Positions 37,683 through 48,256 are shown, counted from the stretch's first letter. The stretch is 64,000 bases of DNA from Fibrobacteria bacterium (GCA_037447435.1 JBBIGR010000003.1:128001-192000); one strand, 5' to 3'. Made by a program: numbers and translations. The notes: a model not told the origin generated them from the sequence alone.

Positions 37683-38042
37683 ATGAATATCGATGACACG
37701 CAAGGACCGGGAAACGGACCGGGGAACAGAAAAATGGGACAGCCGAAATACCCTGAAAAAATGGCCAATTATAGCCCGAGTATGAGTTACAATTACGGCC
37801 ATCAATCTTCCGGCGGGTACGGGCCGATGCAGCAAAATCCGCGTCGCCGGACCGATCGATTTAAACGGGAATCATTAAACCTAAATGATAAAGTCGTAAA
37901 GCAAAACGACATCATTATCAGATTGCTTAAAGAAATTCGTGACAGATTGCCGCCGCCGCCAACCACGCAATCCGAAACAGCAGTTCCCGATGCTTCTGTT
38001 GAGGCCGATGCCGCGGCTCCGATTCAGGAAGAAGAGCAATAG
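37683..38042 (+). CDS. Hypothetical low-complexity protein with a short amphipathic helix
   Basis: GAAGGAG RBS; G/N/P/Q/Y-rich N-terminus, KQNDIIIRLLKEIRDRL, acidic tail. Confidence 0.65.
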   Translation: MNIDDTQGPGNGPGNRKMGQPKYPEKMANYSPSMSYNYGHQSSGGYGPMQQNPRRRTDRFKRESLNLNDKVVKQNDIIIRLLKEIRDRLPPPPTTQSETAVPDASVEADAAAPIQEEEQ

Positions 38043-38104
38043 AAAAATTATCTGCGCAGGTTGCGTCGCTGTAATAACGGCTGAAATTTTCTATAAAAAG
38101 TTGG

Positions 38105-38131
38105 CAAGTTCATTCCCGCCTTTGCCGATAT
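38105..38131 (+). promoter_or_regulatory. sigma28 (FliA)-like promoter
   Basis: CAAG-N15-GCCGATAT upstream of the 56-aa gene. Confidence 0.5.
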
Positions 38132-38182
38132 ATATATGGATGTGATGAATTTTGTATCCTTATCTTTATCAAGGAGTTTTCC

Positions 38183-38353
38183 ATGGATGGAGTTTCCGGG
38201 GCTTCCAATGGCGTTGCCGAAATCAATCAAATCATGCAAATGATGACTACCGAAACTATGGCTATGGCAAAGAAAATGGTGCGGGCCGATGTGGAAATGG
38301 CGGTAAAAGGAAGCGAAGCGGGAAAAGGAAATGCAGTTGATGTTGCGGCTTAA
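38183..38353 (+). CDS. 56-aa YjfB-like putative motility protein (absent from the ORF track)
   Basis: AAGGAG RBS at 38171-38176; MDGVSGASNGVAEINQIMQMMTTETMAMAKKMVRADVEMAVKGSEAGKGNAVDVAA*. The C-terminal G..vD..A motif fits the family. Confidence 0.7.
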   Translation: MDGVSGASNGVAEINQIMQMMTTETMAMAKKMVRADVEMAVKGSEAGKGNAVDVAA

Positions 38354-38371
38354 TTTATTTACACAGGTTTT

Positions 38372-40294
38372 ATGATTCAAACAAAACGCTCGATTCGATT
38401 TTTAACATGCCTGTTTGGGACCATTATATTGGTTTTTGCCGTCGTTACGGCGGAAGCCAAAACGAGATGGAGCGCTTTGCATTTTGTTCCGGATGCGGAT
38501 TTTTTATCGGGTGGCCAATTCGTCATCGATGCCGAAGGCTATTATTTCAGCGATACCGCTGCACAGGCAAAAATCAATCCGGTAGCTCTTGTCAATATGG
38601 GTATTATGGAATGGGTTAATTTGGAGGCCGGATATGCCGGCGGCCCGACTCTTGGATTTAAGGCGCGAATTCTTGGCGAAAGCGGTCCGTTCATGCCCTC
38701 GCTGGCCCTCGGAGTGCATAACATTTTATCCAACAGGGAGGCAGGCCTTTTTTCGGCAACCGATACGCTGACAAATGAAGTGTACCTTGCTCTTGCTAAG
38801 AGCATAGATCCTCTCAAAATGCGAATCCATTTAGGTGTTCAAACCATTCCAATGTCCAAAAAAGACCAGATAAATCCGTTTTTCGCCATAGAACAGTTTT
38901 TCGGAAATGGTTTATATGCTTCATTCGAAATGTTCAGACGGCAAGGTGAATTTCAACCGTCGGTTTTCGTGACCTGGAGACTTTTCAAAAAGCGGCTGGA
39001 AGTATCCGGGGGAGCAGTCAGCATCAACCAATTGTTTTTTGATAAAAACAACCAGTTTAAAGTCGCTTTAGGTGATTCCGCAAAGCCCGGGTTTGTTAAA
39101 CCCGGAATTTGGGTCGGTTTGCGTTACTTGGGCGAATTCGGGTCAGGGAAAGGCGATGTGTTCGGAACATTGGAAGAAAGAGTATCTTATCAGGGGGAAA
39201 CGATAAAGAAATTGTCCATGCAAATGGACAGTCTGAGAATGTCGCTTTCCGATACAAAACGAAAAGTGATCGACGTCAACGCATCATTGGCGAGAATGTC
39301 CGATAGCATGGGTACCGATAAATCAAGAATGAAACCATTGCTTTTAGATAAGATAAACGCCATAAAGACGTTATATGCGGAAGAGCCGTTCGACCCCGAA
39401 CGCGTACGCCGCTCAATCAACGAGATCGTAAATTTGCATGAAAATGCGTTGCCCGGGTTGCGCGAAATCCTTTTGGACAAGGCCCTTGATAAACGGACCA
39501 GAACGCTGACGGTTTCTCTCCTCGGGGCAATCGGTAATTCGGGGGCGTCCGACATTTTGCTTGATGTGTTGTCTCAAACCCAGGATCCGGATATTAAAAT
39601 CGAGATTTGCATTGCGCTGGGGAAAATTAAAGAAACCCGGGCGCAATATGTTCTTGAACAATTGGCCAATGATCCCGTTGATGCCGTGGCCTTTGCAGCG
39701 CAAGAAGTGTTGTTGAAATTATCAAAAGATACTGGCATGAAGCTTTCAAAAGGCCTCAAACTCCGTAGTGTCGTCATTTCGGATCAGCCAACTGTTATGC
39801 CTGATTCGAAAATAAAAACAAAGCAAACCACTGACACCCTTAAATCTTCTATCGCGAAACAGAAGATGGCCGCACCCGAAAAAACAGAGCAAACGGTAAA
39901 GGATCAGAGCGTAAATAAACCTTCTCGCGATTCCGTAAAGGCGCCAATCAAAGGAAATAAAATTGCCAAGCCGGATCAACCCATCAAGGATGACTCTGCA
40001 ACGGTAAAGCCCAAAGGTTCCGATACCGCAAGTGGTGCATCGGAAAATGCAACCGGCGACGTTTGGAGTGTCGATCAAAAATCCGATTCGGCTAAAATTC
40101 AACCGATCAAGGATGGCGTAAAAACAGAAGCAAAGGTTGATTCCGGGAAAGTCGCTAAATTGGATTCCGTACTGACCATTTCAAAAGATAAAAAGCAGGA
40201 CAAAAAAGGGAATGAAAAAAATAATGGTAAGAAATCGGCCAAGGTTCCCAAGGAAAAACAACCCGATGACACATCAGACAATAAAAACTGGTAA
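38372..40294 (+). CDS. Exported protein: YjbH-like beta-strand N-terminus, coiled coil, HEAT repeats, Lys/Asp-rich tail
   Basis: Signal peptide; VPDADFL..GQF; beta-rich region; LLGAIG...A...LL, IALGKI...A...LEQLAND HEAT-like repeats. Confidence 0.65.
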   Translation: MIQTKRSIRFLTCLFGTIILVFAVVTAEAKTRWSALHFVPDADFLSGGQFVIDAEGYYFSDTAAQAKINPVALVNMGIMEWVNLEAGYAGGPTLGFKARILGESGPFMPSLALGVHNILSNREAGLFSATDTLTNEVYLALAKSIDPLKMRIHLGVQTIPMSKKDQINPFFAIEQFFGNGLYASFEMFRRQGEFQPSVFVTWRLFKKRLEVSGGAVSINQLFFDKNNQFKVALGDSAKPGFVKPGIWVGLRYLGEFGSGKGDVFGTLEERVSYQGETIKKLSMQMDSLRMSLSDTKRKVIDVNASLARMSDSMGTDKSRMKPLLLDKINAIKTLYAEEPFDPERVRRSINEIVNLHENALPGLREILLDKALDKRTRTLTVSLLGAIGNSGASDILLDVLSQTQDPDIKIEICIALGKIKETRAQYVLEQLANDPVDAVAFAAQEVLLKLSKDTGMKLSKGLKLRSVVISDQPTVMPDSKIKTKQTTDTLKSSIAKQKMAAPEKTEQTVKDQSVNKPSRDSVKAPIKGNKIAKPDQPIKDDSATVKPKGSDTASGASENATGDVWSVDQKSDSAKIQPIKDGVKTEAKVDSGKVAKLDSVLTISKDKKQDKKGNEKNNGKKSAKVPKEKQPDDTSDNKNW

Positions 40295-40319
40295 ATGCAG
40301 CGCCATATATTTTTATTGA

Positions 40320-41246
40320 ATGCTTTATAAATTTTTCATCCATTCCTTTTTATCTCTTTGCATGCCGCTTTCGATATTTGCCGAACCTGCTTGCACTCTG
40401 CCGATTTCCGCGACTTTTTCCGAAGATATGATCACGATAGTTTGGCCGGATGTGAAAAACGCGGCATATTACAATATCTATGCAAATTGGGGAAACGGTG
40501 TTAAAAAAGTCAATTTTAGCCCTGTTCGAACGAGAAACCGATTTACTTTTATTTGGGCGGAAAACCAAGGAAAAAAGGAACGCGTTGTAAAAGGAAACCG
40601 AGTATCGATGTATATCAGGCCTGTTTTCGCTCAGCCGAAAAAACACGATACGTTATATACGGAAGGCATAAAAAGTTGCACGATTTCAAATGACTATTTT
40701 ACCGGATTTTCGCTGGTCCTTGATTCATTGAATTGTTCGAGGATTTTGGTTACAAAACAGTTCGGGCACGAGATTTTGCCAAATGCGGTACAAACCTCTC
40801 GGGATGTTTTTTTGGCCCATTACGGCAATTACGCAAAGGCTATTTACTCAATATACAAGGCAAATATTGATCCGCATGATGAAGGAGCCTGCGTACCTTT
40901 CTCAACGTTGGTTTCCAAGTATTTCTCGCATAACGGGATTGCATGTTATCGTGCACAGGGGACATTCATGTCCATGTTTCACAGTTTTAATATCGTTGTT
41001 GTAGACAGCGTAGAGTATATCCTCGACTTTACAGCAGATCAATTCGTTCCGCAGAGCGCTCCCGTATTTATTCCTCGCGATAAGTGTTTTGCCGATTCGT
41101 GCGGAATTCCCACCAGCGCTCCTCAGGGAAATTTCAGTCCTATGTATCGCATCGAAACAATTTTTTCAAGCGACCAGGTCGCTTTTTCCGATACGCCGAA
41201 GGCACGGCAATACCAAAGTTTTTTGGATAGTCTTATTGGTAAATAA
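40320..41246 (+). CDS. Secreted hypothetical protein with possible transglutaminase/papain-like Cys-His-Asp domain
   Basis: Signal peptide; GACVPFS ... FHSFN ... YILDFTADQF. Confidence 0.55.
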   Translation: MLYKFFIHSFLSLCMPLSIFAEPACTLPISATFSEDMITIVWPDVKNAAYYNIYANWGNGVKKVNFSPVRTRNRFTFIWAENQGKKERVVKGNRVSMYIRPVFAQPKKHDTLYTEGIKSCTISNDYFTGFSLVLDSLNCSRILVTKQFGHEILPNAVQTSRDVFLAHYGNYAKAIYSIYKANIDPHDEGACVPFSTLVSKYFSHNGIACYRAQGTFMSMFHSFNIVVVDSVEYILDFTADQFVPQSAPVFIPRDKCFADSCGIPTSAPQGNFSPMYRIETIFSSDQVAFSDTPKARQYQSFLDSLIGK

Positions 41247-41308
41247 CCACGGCGGGGGAAGCGCATGGTTATCGTTTGGAAAAATACCGATTGAACGGTT
41301 CCGAAAAA

Positions 41309-42529
41309 TCACTCGTACTTAATAATTGAGTTTAATTTTTCTGTGGCCGTTTCCACGACTTGCGATACCGCCGTTCCCAATAATGACTTTACAAATTGCT
41401 GATCGGCGAGGCTGAAGGATAACTTCGAAATGCGCTGCCAGGAATTTTCCTTGGAATTTGCGCCGCGTTTTTCGGCGACATACTCATTTTCAAACACGAC
41501 CTTTTTTTCCGGGACATTGATTATTTGAATTGATATTCGGACTGTTGCTATGTAGTACTCGCGATATTCGTCGGCCGTTGCCGCAATTTCCGCATGCTGC
41601 ACAATATCGAAATCCTTGATTTCACCGGATACGACATAGCGGGCCATTTTCCGTTGTCCAAGAGTTAAAGGGTCTTTGTCGAGGGAATCATAGATTTCTG
41701 CTGCTATGTGGCCGTGCTGCAGCTGGTCGGAAAATATTTTTGCAAACCCCGGCGAGATTTTCCAGGCGCCTGTGTATTTTGACGTGTTTTCAAAAGGAAT
41801 TATAAGGATTTTGTCTTTGCAATCGCTCGACATTATTTCCCTGTCGCGATGTCCCTTTACAAGTTGCGCGGCCATTTCCCGCTCCATGACATAGACCGGA
41901 ACCCAGGATTTCAAACTGTCGATTTCCCGATCGAGCAGAGCTTTGGGGCCTATTGGATCTTGCGTTATGGGAACAACGGATTGGAAGCTCGCACTAACGA
42001 AAATCGATGAGTTTTTTAGGATATTGCGCACCTGCACCGTGCCGTTGATGACTCTGACGGTACTTGCTTTTGACGCGGTGTCGACTTCTACGGAAAACGA
42101 AGTGCCTCGTAACGAAACAACCGAGGTCGGTGTATAAATTTTCGTGTCGTATTGTTTAATAAGACTTTTAGGTAATATTTCCTTTATGACGAAAAAAACC
42201 GCACCGTACATGACCGTGATATGCCGAGAAATGACGTTCGACGCATCGTTTTCGTAAAAAGCAAGAAGCACTTGAGAGTTTTGCTGCATATACGACGCGC
42301 TTTGGTCGGGCCAACCGAGCTGAACATATGATTTATCGAGTACCCGGATGACGTCATTGTTAAAAAGTTTGTCCCCTTTAAAGGTCTTTTGCCAGGTTTG
42401 GGTTCCGCTCCGCTGTACTTGAGCATTGCCGACAAGGGAATCGACGGTCGCATAGGTGTTTTTGCTCGCTGCGCCGGCCGAAACGACGAATAACAAGAAT
42501 AACGCGGCTGTCATTTGCAATGCTTTCAT
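41309..42529 (-). CDS. FecR-domain protein with C-terminal CsgG/TolB-N-like domain
   Basis: Signal peptide; GD.L...D.I, TP..V...RGT.F.V, V..G.V.V (FecR); ILIIPFEN...A.YVVSG.I. Confidence 0.75.
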   Translation of the reverse strand: MKALQMTAALFLLFVVSAGAASKNTYATVDSLVGNAQVQRSGTQTWQKTFKGDKLFNNDVIRVLDKSYVQLGWPDQSASYMQQNSQVLLAFYENDASNVISRHITVMYGAVFFVIKEILPKSLIKQYDTKIYTPTSVVSLRGTSFSVEVDTASKASTVRVINGTVQVRNILKNSSIFVSASFQSVVPITQDPIGPKALLDREIDSLKSWVPVYVMEREMAAQLVKGHRDREIMSSDCKDKILIIPFENTSKYTGAWKISPGFAKIFSDQLQHGHIAAEIYDSLDKDPLTLGQRKMARYVVSGEIKDFDIVQHAEIAATADEYREYYIATVRISIQIINVPEKKVVFENEYVAEKRGANSKENSWQRISKLSFSLADQQFVKSLLGTAVSQVVETATEKLNSIIKYE

Positions 42530-42677
42530 AGGCTGCCTTTCAACGGTAAAAAAATAGATACCCTTGATTATACCATTTCCGAATCATTTTATTCAAGTCG
42601 TACGCTGTTGATTTTCCTTGAAATGAAGTGGTTTTTCAATGATTTTTAAATGATCCAATATTCAAAAGGAGCGATTC

Positions 42678-44519
42678 ATGAAGCATACTTTACGCAGTGC
42701 GACAACGACAATAGGGCGAAAAATGGCAGGCGCGCGAAGTCTCTGGCGTGCAAACGGCATGAAGGAAGAACAAATCGGAAAACCGATTATTGCAATAGTC
42801 AATTCGTTTACGCAGTTTGTGCCGGGCCATGTCCATTTGCACGGGATCGGGCAACATTTGAAAAAAATCATCGAATCGCACGGATGTTTTGCAGCAGAAT
42901 TCAATACCATCGCCATTGACGACGGTATCGCAATGGGGCATAACGGTATGTTGTATTCATTGCCCTCGCGAGAACTTATTGCCGACAGTGTCGAGTACAT
43001 GATGAACGCTCACATGGCCGATGCCATGATTTGCATTTCCAATTGCGATAAGATTACCCCGGGAATGCTTATTGCAAGTATGCGGTTGAATGTTCCTACT
43101 GTTTTTGTTTCAGGCGGCCCCATGGAGGCCGGCGTTATCGGAAACAAAAAATTGGACCTTATCGATGCCATGGTTAAGGCGGCAGACGAATCGGTTTCCG
43201 ATGAAGAAGTTGCGGCGATTGAATGTGCCGCGTGCCCGTCTTGCGGATCCTGTTCAGGCCTTTTTACGGCAAATTCCATGAATTGCCTGAATGAAGCTCT
43301 TGGATTGGCTTTGCCGGGAAACGGTACCATTGTGGCTACGCATAAAAACAGGATGCGATTGTTTGAAACCGCCGCAAAAACCATTGTCGACATCACCAAT
43401 GCCTATTATACGAAAGGCGATGAATCCGTTTTGCCAAAGTCAATCGCGACGCGTCAGGCGTTTCTCAATTCCATGAGTCTCGATATCGCAATGGGCGGCA
43501 GCACGAACACCATTCTGCATTTGTTGGCAATCGCTCATGAAGCCGGTGTCGCATTCACCATGAAGGATATTAACGAATTGTCACGAAAGATTCCCGTGCT
43601 TTCAAAAGTCGCACCAAGCTCGTCGTATCACATCGAAGACGTCAACCGCGCAGGCGGAATCATGGGCATACTTGGCGAACTCGACCGTGCCGGACTTCTT
43701 GATACAACGGTTAATCGCATCGATGCGAAAAGCCTGAAAGAAGTTTTGAAGCAAAACGACATCATGACGAAAACAGTATCCAAGACCGCTGTTGAAAATT
43801 ATAAAAGCGCACCAACCGCGAAAAAAGGCAGGAATCTTGTTTTGGCAAGCCAGAATGCCGCATATAAGGAATTGGATAAAGACAGGGCAAAGGGCTGTAT
43901 CCGCAGTGTCAAGACGCCGTACAACAAAGATGGCGGCTTGGCGGTACTATTTGGAAATATTGCCAAAAACGGCTGCGTTGTTAAGACCGCAGGGGTCGAC
44001 GAATCTATTTTCAAATTCAGCGGCCCGGCAAAGGTATTCCATTCGCAGGAAGCCTCCTGCGAGGGGATATTGGGCGGAAAAATCAAAGCGGGAGACGTTG
44101 TGGTGATTATATACGAAGGCCCCAAAGGCGGCCCGGGTATGCAGGAGATGTTATACCCGACCTCTTATATAAAATCTATGCATCTGGGTGCGCAATGCGC
44201 GCTCATTACCGACGGTCGTTTTTCTGGCGGAACTTCTGGTTTGTCCATCGGCCACGTTTCACCCGAAGCTGCCGCAGGCGGGGATATCGGATTGATTAAA
44301 AACGGGGATATCATCGAAATCGACATTCCCCAGCGGACGATAAATGTCAAGATTTCAAAGCAAGAGCTTGCCGCGCGTAGGGCTGCGGAGTTGAAGAAAG
44401 GTGCAAAGGCCTTTAAGCCGGTTCGGAAACGGATCATTTCCGATGCATTGAAAGCCTATGCGCTTATGGCAGCCTCTGCAGACAAAGGAGCCGTGAGAAT
44501 AGTACCTGAAAAATTTTGA
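42678..44519 (+). CDS. ilvD: Dihydroxy-acid dehydratase
   Basis: [73 protein letters not shown]. Confidence 0.98.
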   Translation: MKHTLRSATTTIGRKMAGARSLWRANGMKEEQIGKPIIAIVNSFTQFVPGHVHLHGIGQHLKKIIESHGCFAAEFNTIAIDDGIAMGHNGMLYSLPSRELIADSVEYMMNAHMADAMICISNCDKITPGMLIASMRLNVPTVFVSGGPMEAGVIGNKKLDLIDAMVKAADESVSDEEVAAIECAACPSCGSCSGLFTANSMNCLNEALGLALPGNGTIVATHKNRMRLFETAAKTIVDITNAYYTKGDESVLPKSIATRQAFLNSMSLDIAMGGSTNTILHLLAIAHEAGVAFTMKDINELSRKIPVLSKVAPSSSYHIEDVNRAGGIMGILGELDRAGLLDTTVNRIDAKSLKEVLKQNDIMTKTVSKTAVENYKSAPTAKKGRNLVLASQNAAYKELDKDRAKGCIRSVKTPYNKDGGLAVLFGNIAKNGCVVKTAGVDESIFKFSGPAKVFHSQEASCEGILGGKIKAGDVVVIIYEGPKGGPGMQEMLYPTSYIKSMHLGAQCALITDGRFSGGTSGLSIGHVSPEAAAGGDIGLIKNGDIIEIDIPQRTINVKISKQELAARRAAELKKGAKAFKPVRKRIISDALKAYALMAASADKGAVRIVPEKF

Positions 44520-44604
44520 AAACTTGCAGGATGCTTCGTGATAAAGTTTACGTAGGCGGATTGTCCGCGTACTATCAGATGAATAAATCCATTGATGTCA
44601 TTTA

Positions 44605-45318
44605 ATGTCAATGGATTTATTCAATGCAGAATACCTTCAAAATAGAGAAAAAGAGTTGGTCATGAAACCTTCAGCTAAAGCATATTTTGACGACTGCATA
44701 CTATCGTTTCCCGTGCTTTTGGATTGCAAAAGCGACATTGAAAAAGCGTTCGACATACTGGTTTCATGCTATCGGGCCGACGGTAAGGTGTTGACATGTG
44801 GTAACGGCGGCAGTGCTGCGGATGCAGATCATATTGTCGGTGAACTCATGAATAAATTCGCGTTAAAGCGGCCGCTTCGCGAGCAGGATAAACGGGCTGT
44901 GTCGTCGAGTGGCGTTTCTTTGGAAGAAAAAGAATTCCTATATTCGCATTTACAACGTCAATTGCCTGCAATTTCACTTTCCGCCCATTCCCCGCTGGTT
45001 ACCGCAATAGCAAACGACGAAGACGCTTTGATGATTTTCGGACAGCAGGTCTTTGGGTACGGCAGACCCGGCGATGTTCTTATGGCATTGTCAACCTCTG
45101 GAAATTCGAAAAACGTCATTATAGCCTTGCACATTGCAAAGATTTTCGGTCTCCGGACGATTTGTCTTACGGGAAAAGATGGCGGAGCAATGAAATCCCT
45201 TAGCAGCGATGTTTGTATTTGTGTGCCCGAAACAATTACTTATAAAATTCAACAGTTGCATCAGCCGGTTTACCATTGCCTTTGCGCAATGGTCGAAACC
45301 GAATTGTTTTCATCGTAA
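44605..45318 (+). CDS. gmhA: Phosphoheptose isomerase (SIS domain)
   Basis: CGNGGSAADADHI.GEL, TAIAND, STSGNS.NV, LTG.DGG, IQQ.H. Confidence 0.88.
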   Translation: MSMDLFNAEYLQNREKELVMKPSAKAYFDDCILSFPVLLDCKSDIEKAFDILVSCYRADGKVLTCGNGGSAADADHIVGELMNKFALKRPLREQDKRAVSSSGVSLEEKEFLYSHLQRQLPAISLSAHSPLVTAIANDEDALMIFGQQVFGYGRPGDVLMALSTSGNSKNVIIALHIAKIFGLRTICLTGKDGGAMKSLSSDVCICVPETITYKIQQLHQPVYHCLCAMVETELFSS

Positions 45319-45636
45319 TGAAATTACCAATTAGGAAAATATTTCTCCTAAATTTATGCCTCCAGTTTTTTTCCTTCAATTTTGGCAAACACCGGTAACA
45401 CAATATAATTGCTGTAATTTCGTGAAATCCCTTCAAAAATTGCTGCAATTTCGCCTGTTTTGCAAAGGCGTACGGTCTTTTGTAAAGTAAAAAGCCTGCT
45501 TGTCGATATTTTTTTATTCGCTGCTTGTGATAAATCTACTCCTGGTTTTAACAATCCCTTGCATCATTGTTTTCAATCTATTACGCTCCATTTTGCAATT
45601 GAAATGGAATAGAATTCAATAAAATTTTCAAAATAT

Positions 45637-45653
45637 GTATTGCAAAAGAATAC
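45637..45653. promoter_or_regulatory. Palindromic operator-like motif, copy 1
   Basis: GTATTG-CAAAA-GAATAC in the AT-rich region upstream of the GH3 operon. Confidence 0.45.
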
Positions 45654-45865
45654 GAAAAAAAAATTAAAACAATAAAAAAACCGTAAAAAACAAAAAAAAC
45701 ACTTAAATTTAGTATTGTTAAAGCCTAATGTATTATAAAATTAAGAATACGCTTTAATAAAGGGGGTAGAGATGAACAAGACAATTCAGGCAAATAACCC
45801 ATCTTAGTAAGAATCTAAAATCTGAAGCCGTTTAATCTTTTTTTTGTGAAATTATGGAGGCTCAA

Positions 45866-48256
45866 ATGAAAAAAATATTGAATCGTGTAATGGTTTTTTT
45901 AGGACTCGTAGCCTGCACTGCAAGCTGGGCGCAGATCGGACAAATCACGAATCCTGGCCGTGTTGTTGATGCGCAGGGCCAGCCCTTGAAAAATGCGATG
46001 ATAACCTATACGGATCCGGCTAAACGGCTTAACTACGATTTTTCTGATGCGAGCGGAAATTTTGGACCGGCAAAAATTTCCTCTGCGGTTTCGTCCAAGG
46101 CAGTTTCCAGCACGGTGCCCAGCCTTTTAACCGATGTTTCTACCGTTGGATCAAAGGTGCATTTTTTTCTCGGTTCATCACAAAAGGTGAGTATCGAAAT
46201 ATCCAATATGACAGGAAGGCGTATTGCCACTGTTTTTGACAAAAATCTTGAAAGAGGTTCTTATACTATTGATTTAAACGGTGCGATGCGCTCTAAAATT
46301 GCAAATAATGTTTATTTTGTAAAAATAAAAGCCAATAATGAAAGTGCGATTAGAAAATTAGTTGCTGTAGGTAATGCTGTTTCAGGTTTTGCCGGATCCT
46401 CGCCCGATGCAATCAATCCTGTTTTTTCTGCGGTTGCCAAGAAAATGGCCGGTTCCGAGCTTCGAATCGGAAAAACAGGGTATAAGCCCGTATTGATTAC
46501 GCCGGCTTCGGCCACCGAAGATGTTAAAACGATCACCTTGGTTAAAATCAATATTGAATCGCGTGTCGATTCGGTCATGTCGAAAATGTCGCTTGACGAT
46601 AAAATCATGTTGATGACTGAAGATAATCCGGACGCAGGTAATCCTTATAAATCCGGAACCGGAATATGGAATGCCGGAGCTGCTCCCGGTGCGAACGATT
46701 TTAATTCTTGGAATAATAATCGTATGTCGCAAGGCCTTAAAATTCCGGGGTTGTCCGGATACGATTGTGTCCACGGATATATCGGCGGCGGATCAACAGA
46801 AGGAACGATGTTTCCTCATAATCAGGCAATGGGGTGTATACAAGACACCACCCTTATTCAAATGGCCGGACGTGTAACAGCAATCGAGAGCGCAAGCAGG
46901 GGAGTGTATTGGGCGTTTGCGCCTTGTGTTGCTGTGTGCAGGGATGAGCATTGGGGGCGAATTTACGAAGGCCCCGGCGAAACTCCGGAAATCTGTGCAA
47001 AAGTAGGCCGCAACCTAATTCTTGGAATGCAAGGTCGAGATCTTTCTCTTAATACTTCTATTTGCGCAACTGCAAAGCATTTTGCCGGTGATGGCGGTAC
47101 GCAAGGCGGCACAAATGCCGGCAATACGGTTGGGCCGGATGCGGTCCTGCGTGCGATTCATCTTCCGCCGTATGTCGCTGCTATCGAAGCGGAAGTAGCT
47201 TGCGTTATGCCTTCCTTTTCAAACTGGAATGGCGTCGGCAGTCATGCCAATAAGCCGCTTCTTACCGATTGGTTGAAAACGCAGCAAGGATTCGACGGCT
47301 TTGTTGTCGGCGACTGGGCTGCCCACACTTTCCAGGGCGGATCCGACAGGCAGTCATGTGTCAATGCGACGATAAGTGCGGGGTTAGACAATCCTATGTC
47401 GCCTGGAATTGCCGATCAAACCAAGGGTGATATTAAAAACGGCAATGCGAGCGGCGCGATTTCTACAGACCGGATCAACGATGCTTGTCGGAGAATACTT
47501 CGGGTATTGTTCAGAAAAGGGTTATTCGAAAATTATAACGCCGTAGCTGGGTACAGCGGTTATTTCCATGGTGCGGAACATAAGGATGTTGCCCGTAAAT
47601 GCGTTGCCGCCTCCATGGTTGTGTTGAAAAACGAGAATAATACTCTGCCGCTGAAAAAGACGCAAAAAATTGCGGTCATCGGCGCGTGGGGAAATGATGT
47701 CGGTTTGCAATGCGGCGGATGGACTCTTGGCTGGCAAGGTGCGGCAGCAGCCCAACGTCCCGCAGGTACCACGCTTTTTATGTCGTTGCAGCAACAAGGA
47801 AGCGGCAATTCGGTTAGTTTTTCAGCGGACGGAAGCAATATACCCGGTGATGCGGCCGTTGTAGTGGTTTGCGTAGGAATAGACCCTGCTGCCGAATATA
47901 CAAAGACAAATGATCAGGTACAATTAAATGCTTCGAACAATGGAAAAATCAATGACCTCATGAATAAGGCAAAAGCATCGAATAAGCCGATTGTACTGGT
48001 ACTCTATACCGATGGCCCTGCCGTTGTTACCCAGGCCATCAGCGATTCCAAGGCTGTGGTCTGTGCGTGGCTCGGAAGTCCTGAAGGTGCGGGTTTCGGC
48101 GATATTCTTTACGGTGATGTCCATCCGACCGGAAAGCTTAACCATACCTGGCCTGCAACCGTGTCGCAGATTCCGATCAATGACGGAAATATGGGTGATG
48201 CGGTAGGTTCGGGAGGCGCACCATTGTTTCCTCTTGGGCATGGCTTGACATATTAG
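45866..48256 (+). CDS. Secreted GH3 beta-glucosidase/beta-glucan exohydrolase with an N-terminal sorting-domain-like module
   Basis: D.VHG, FPHN..MG, W.FAPCVAV.RD..WGR.YE, KHFAGDGG, F.GFVVGDW (nucleophile), V.LKN....LPL, GKL.HTWP, PLFP.G.GL; GGAGG RBS. Confidence 0.92.
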   Translation: MKKILNRVMVFLGLVACTASWAQIGQITNPGRVVDAQGQPLKNAMITYTDPAKRLNYDFSDASGNFGPAKISSAVSSKAVSSTVPSLLTDVSTVGSKVHFFLGSSQKVSIEISNMTGRRIATVFDKNLERGSYTIDLNGAMRSKIANNVYFVKIKANNESAIRKLVAVGNAVSGFAGSSPDAINPVFSAVAKKMAGSELRIGKTGYKPVLITPASATEDVKTITLVKINIESRVDSVMSKMSLDDKIMLMTEDNPDAGNPYKSGTGIWNAGAAPGANDFNSWNNNRMSQGLKIPGLSGYDCVHGYIGGGSTEGTMFPHNQAMGCIQDTTLIQMAGRVTAIESASRGVYWAFAPCVAVCRDEHWGRIYEGPGETPEICAKVGRNLILGMQGRDLSLNTSICATAKHFAGDGGTQGGTNAGNTVGPDAVLRAIHLPPYVAAIEAEVACVMPSFSNWNGVGSHANKPLLTDWLKTQQGFDGFVVGDWAAHTFQGGSDRQSCVNATISAGLDNPMSPGIADQTKGDIKNGNASGAISTDRINDACRRILRVLFRKGLFENYNAVAGYSGYFHGAEHKDVARKCVAASMVVLKNENNTLPLKKTQKIAVIGAWGNDVGLQCGGWTLGWQGAAAAQRPAGTTLFMSLQQQGSGNSVSFSADGSNIPGDAAVVVVCVGIDPAAEYTKTNDQVQLNASNNGKINDLMNKAKASNKPIVLVLYTDGPAVVTQAISDSKAVVCAWLGSPEGAGFGDILYGDVHPTGKLNHTWPATVSQIPINDGNMGDAVGSGGAPLFPLGHGLTY

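Noticed and set aside
38152..38340. 62-aa ORF from the track
   Set aside because: Wrong frame; the RBS-supported gene is 38183-38353.
44552..44572. GTAGGCGGA-TTG-TCCGCGTAC hairpin as a REP copy or riboswitch
   Set aside because: Single short imperfect hairpin unrelated to the GAGACGCAC family; no recognisable aptamer.
45354..45554. 66-aa ORF with an RnpA-like opening (FTLQKTVRLCK..EI..IF)
   Set aside because: Lacks the RNR motif and the rest of the fold, and there is no rpmH/yidC context; probably chance in an intergenic region.
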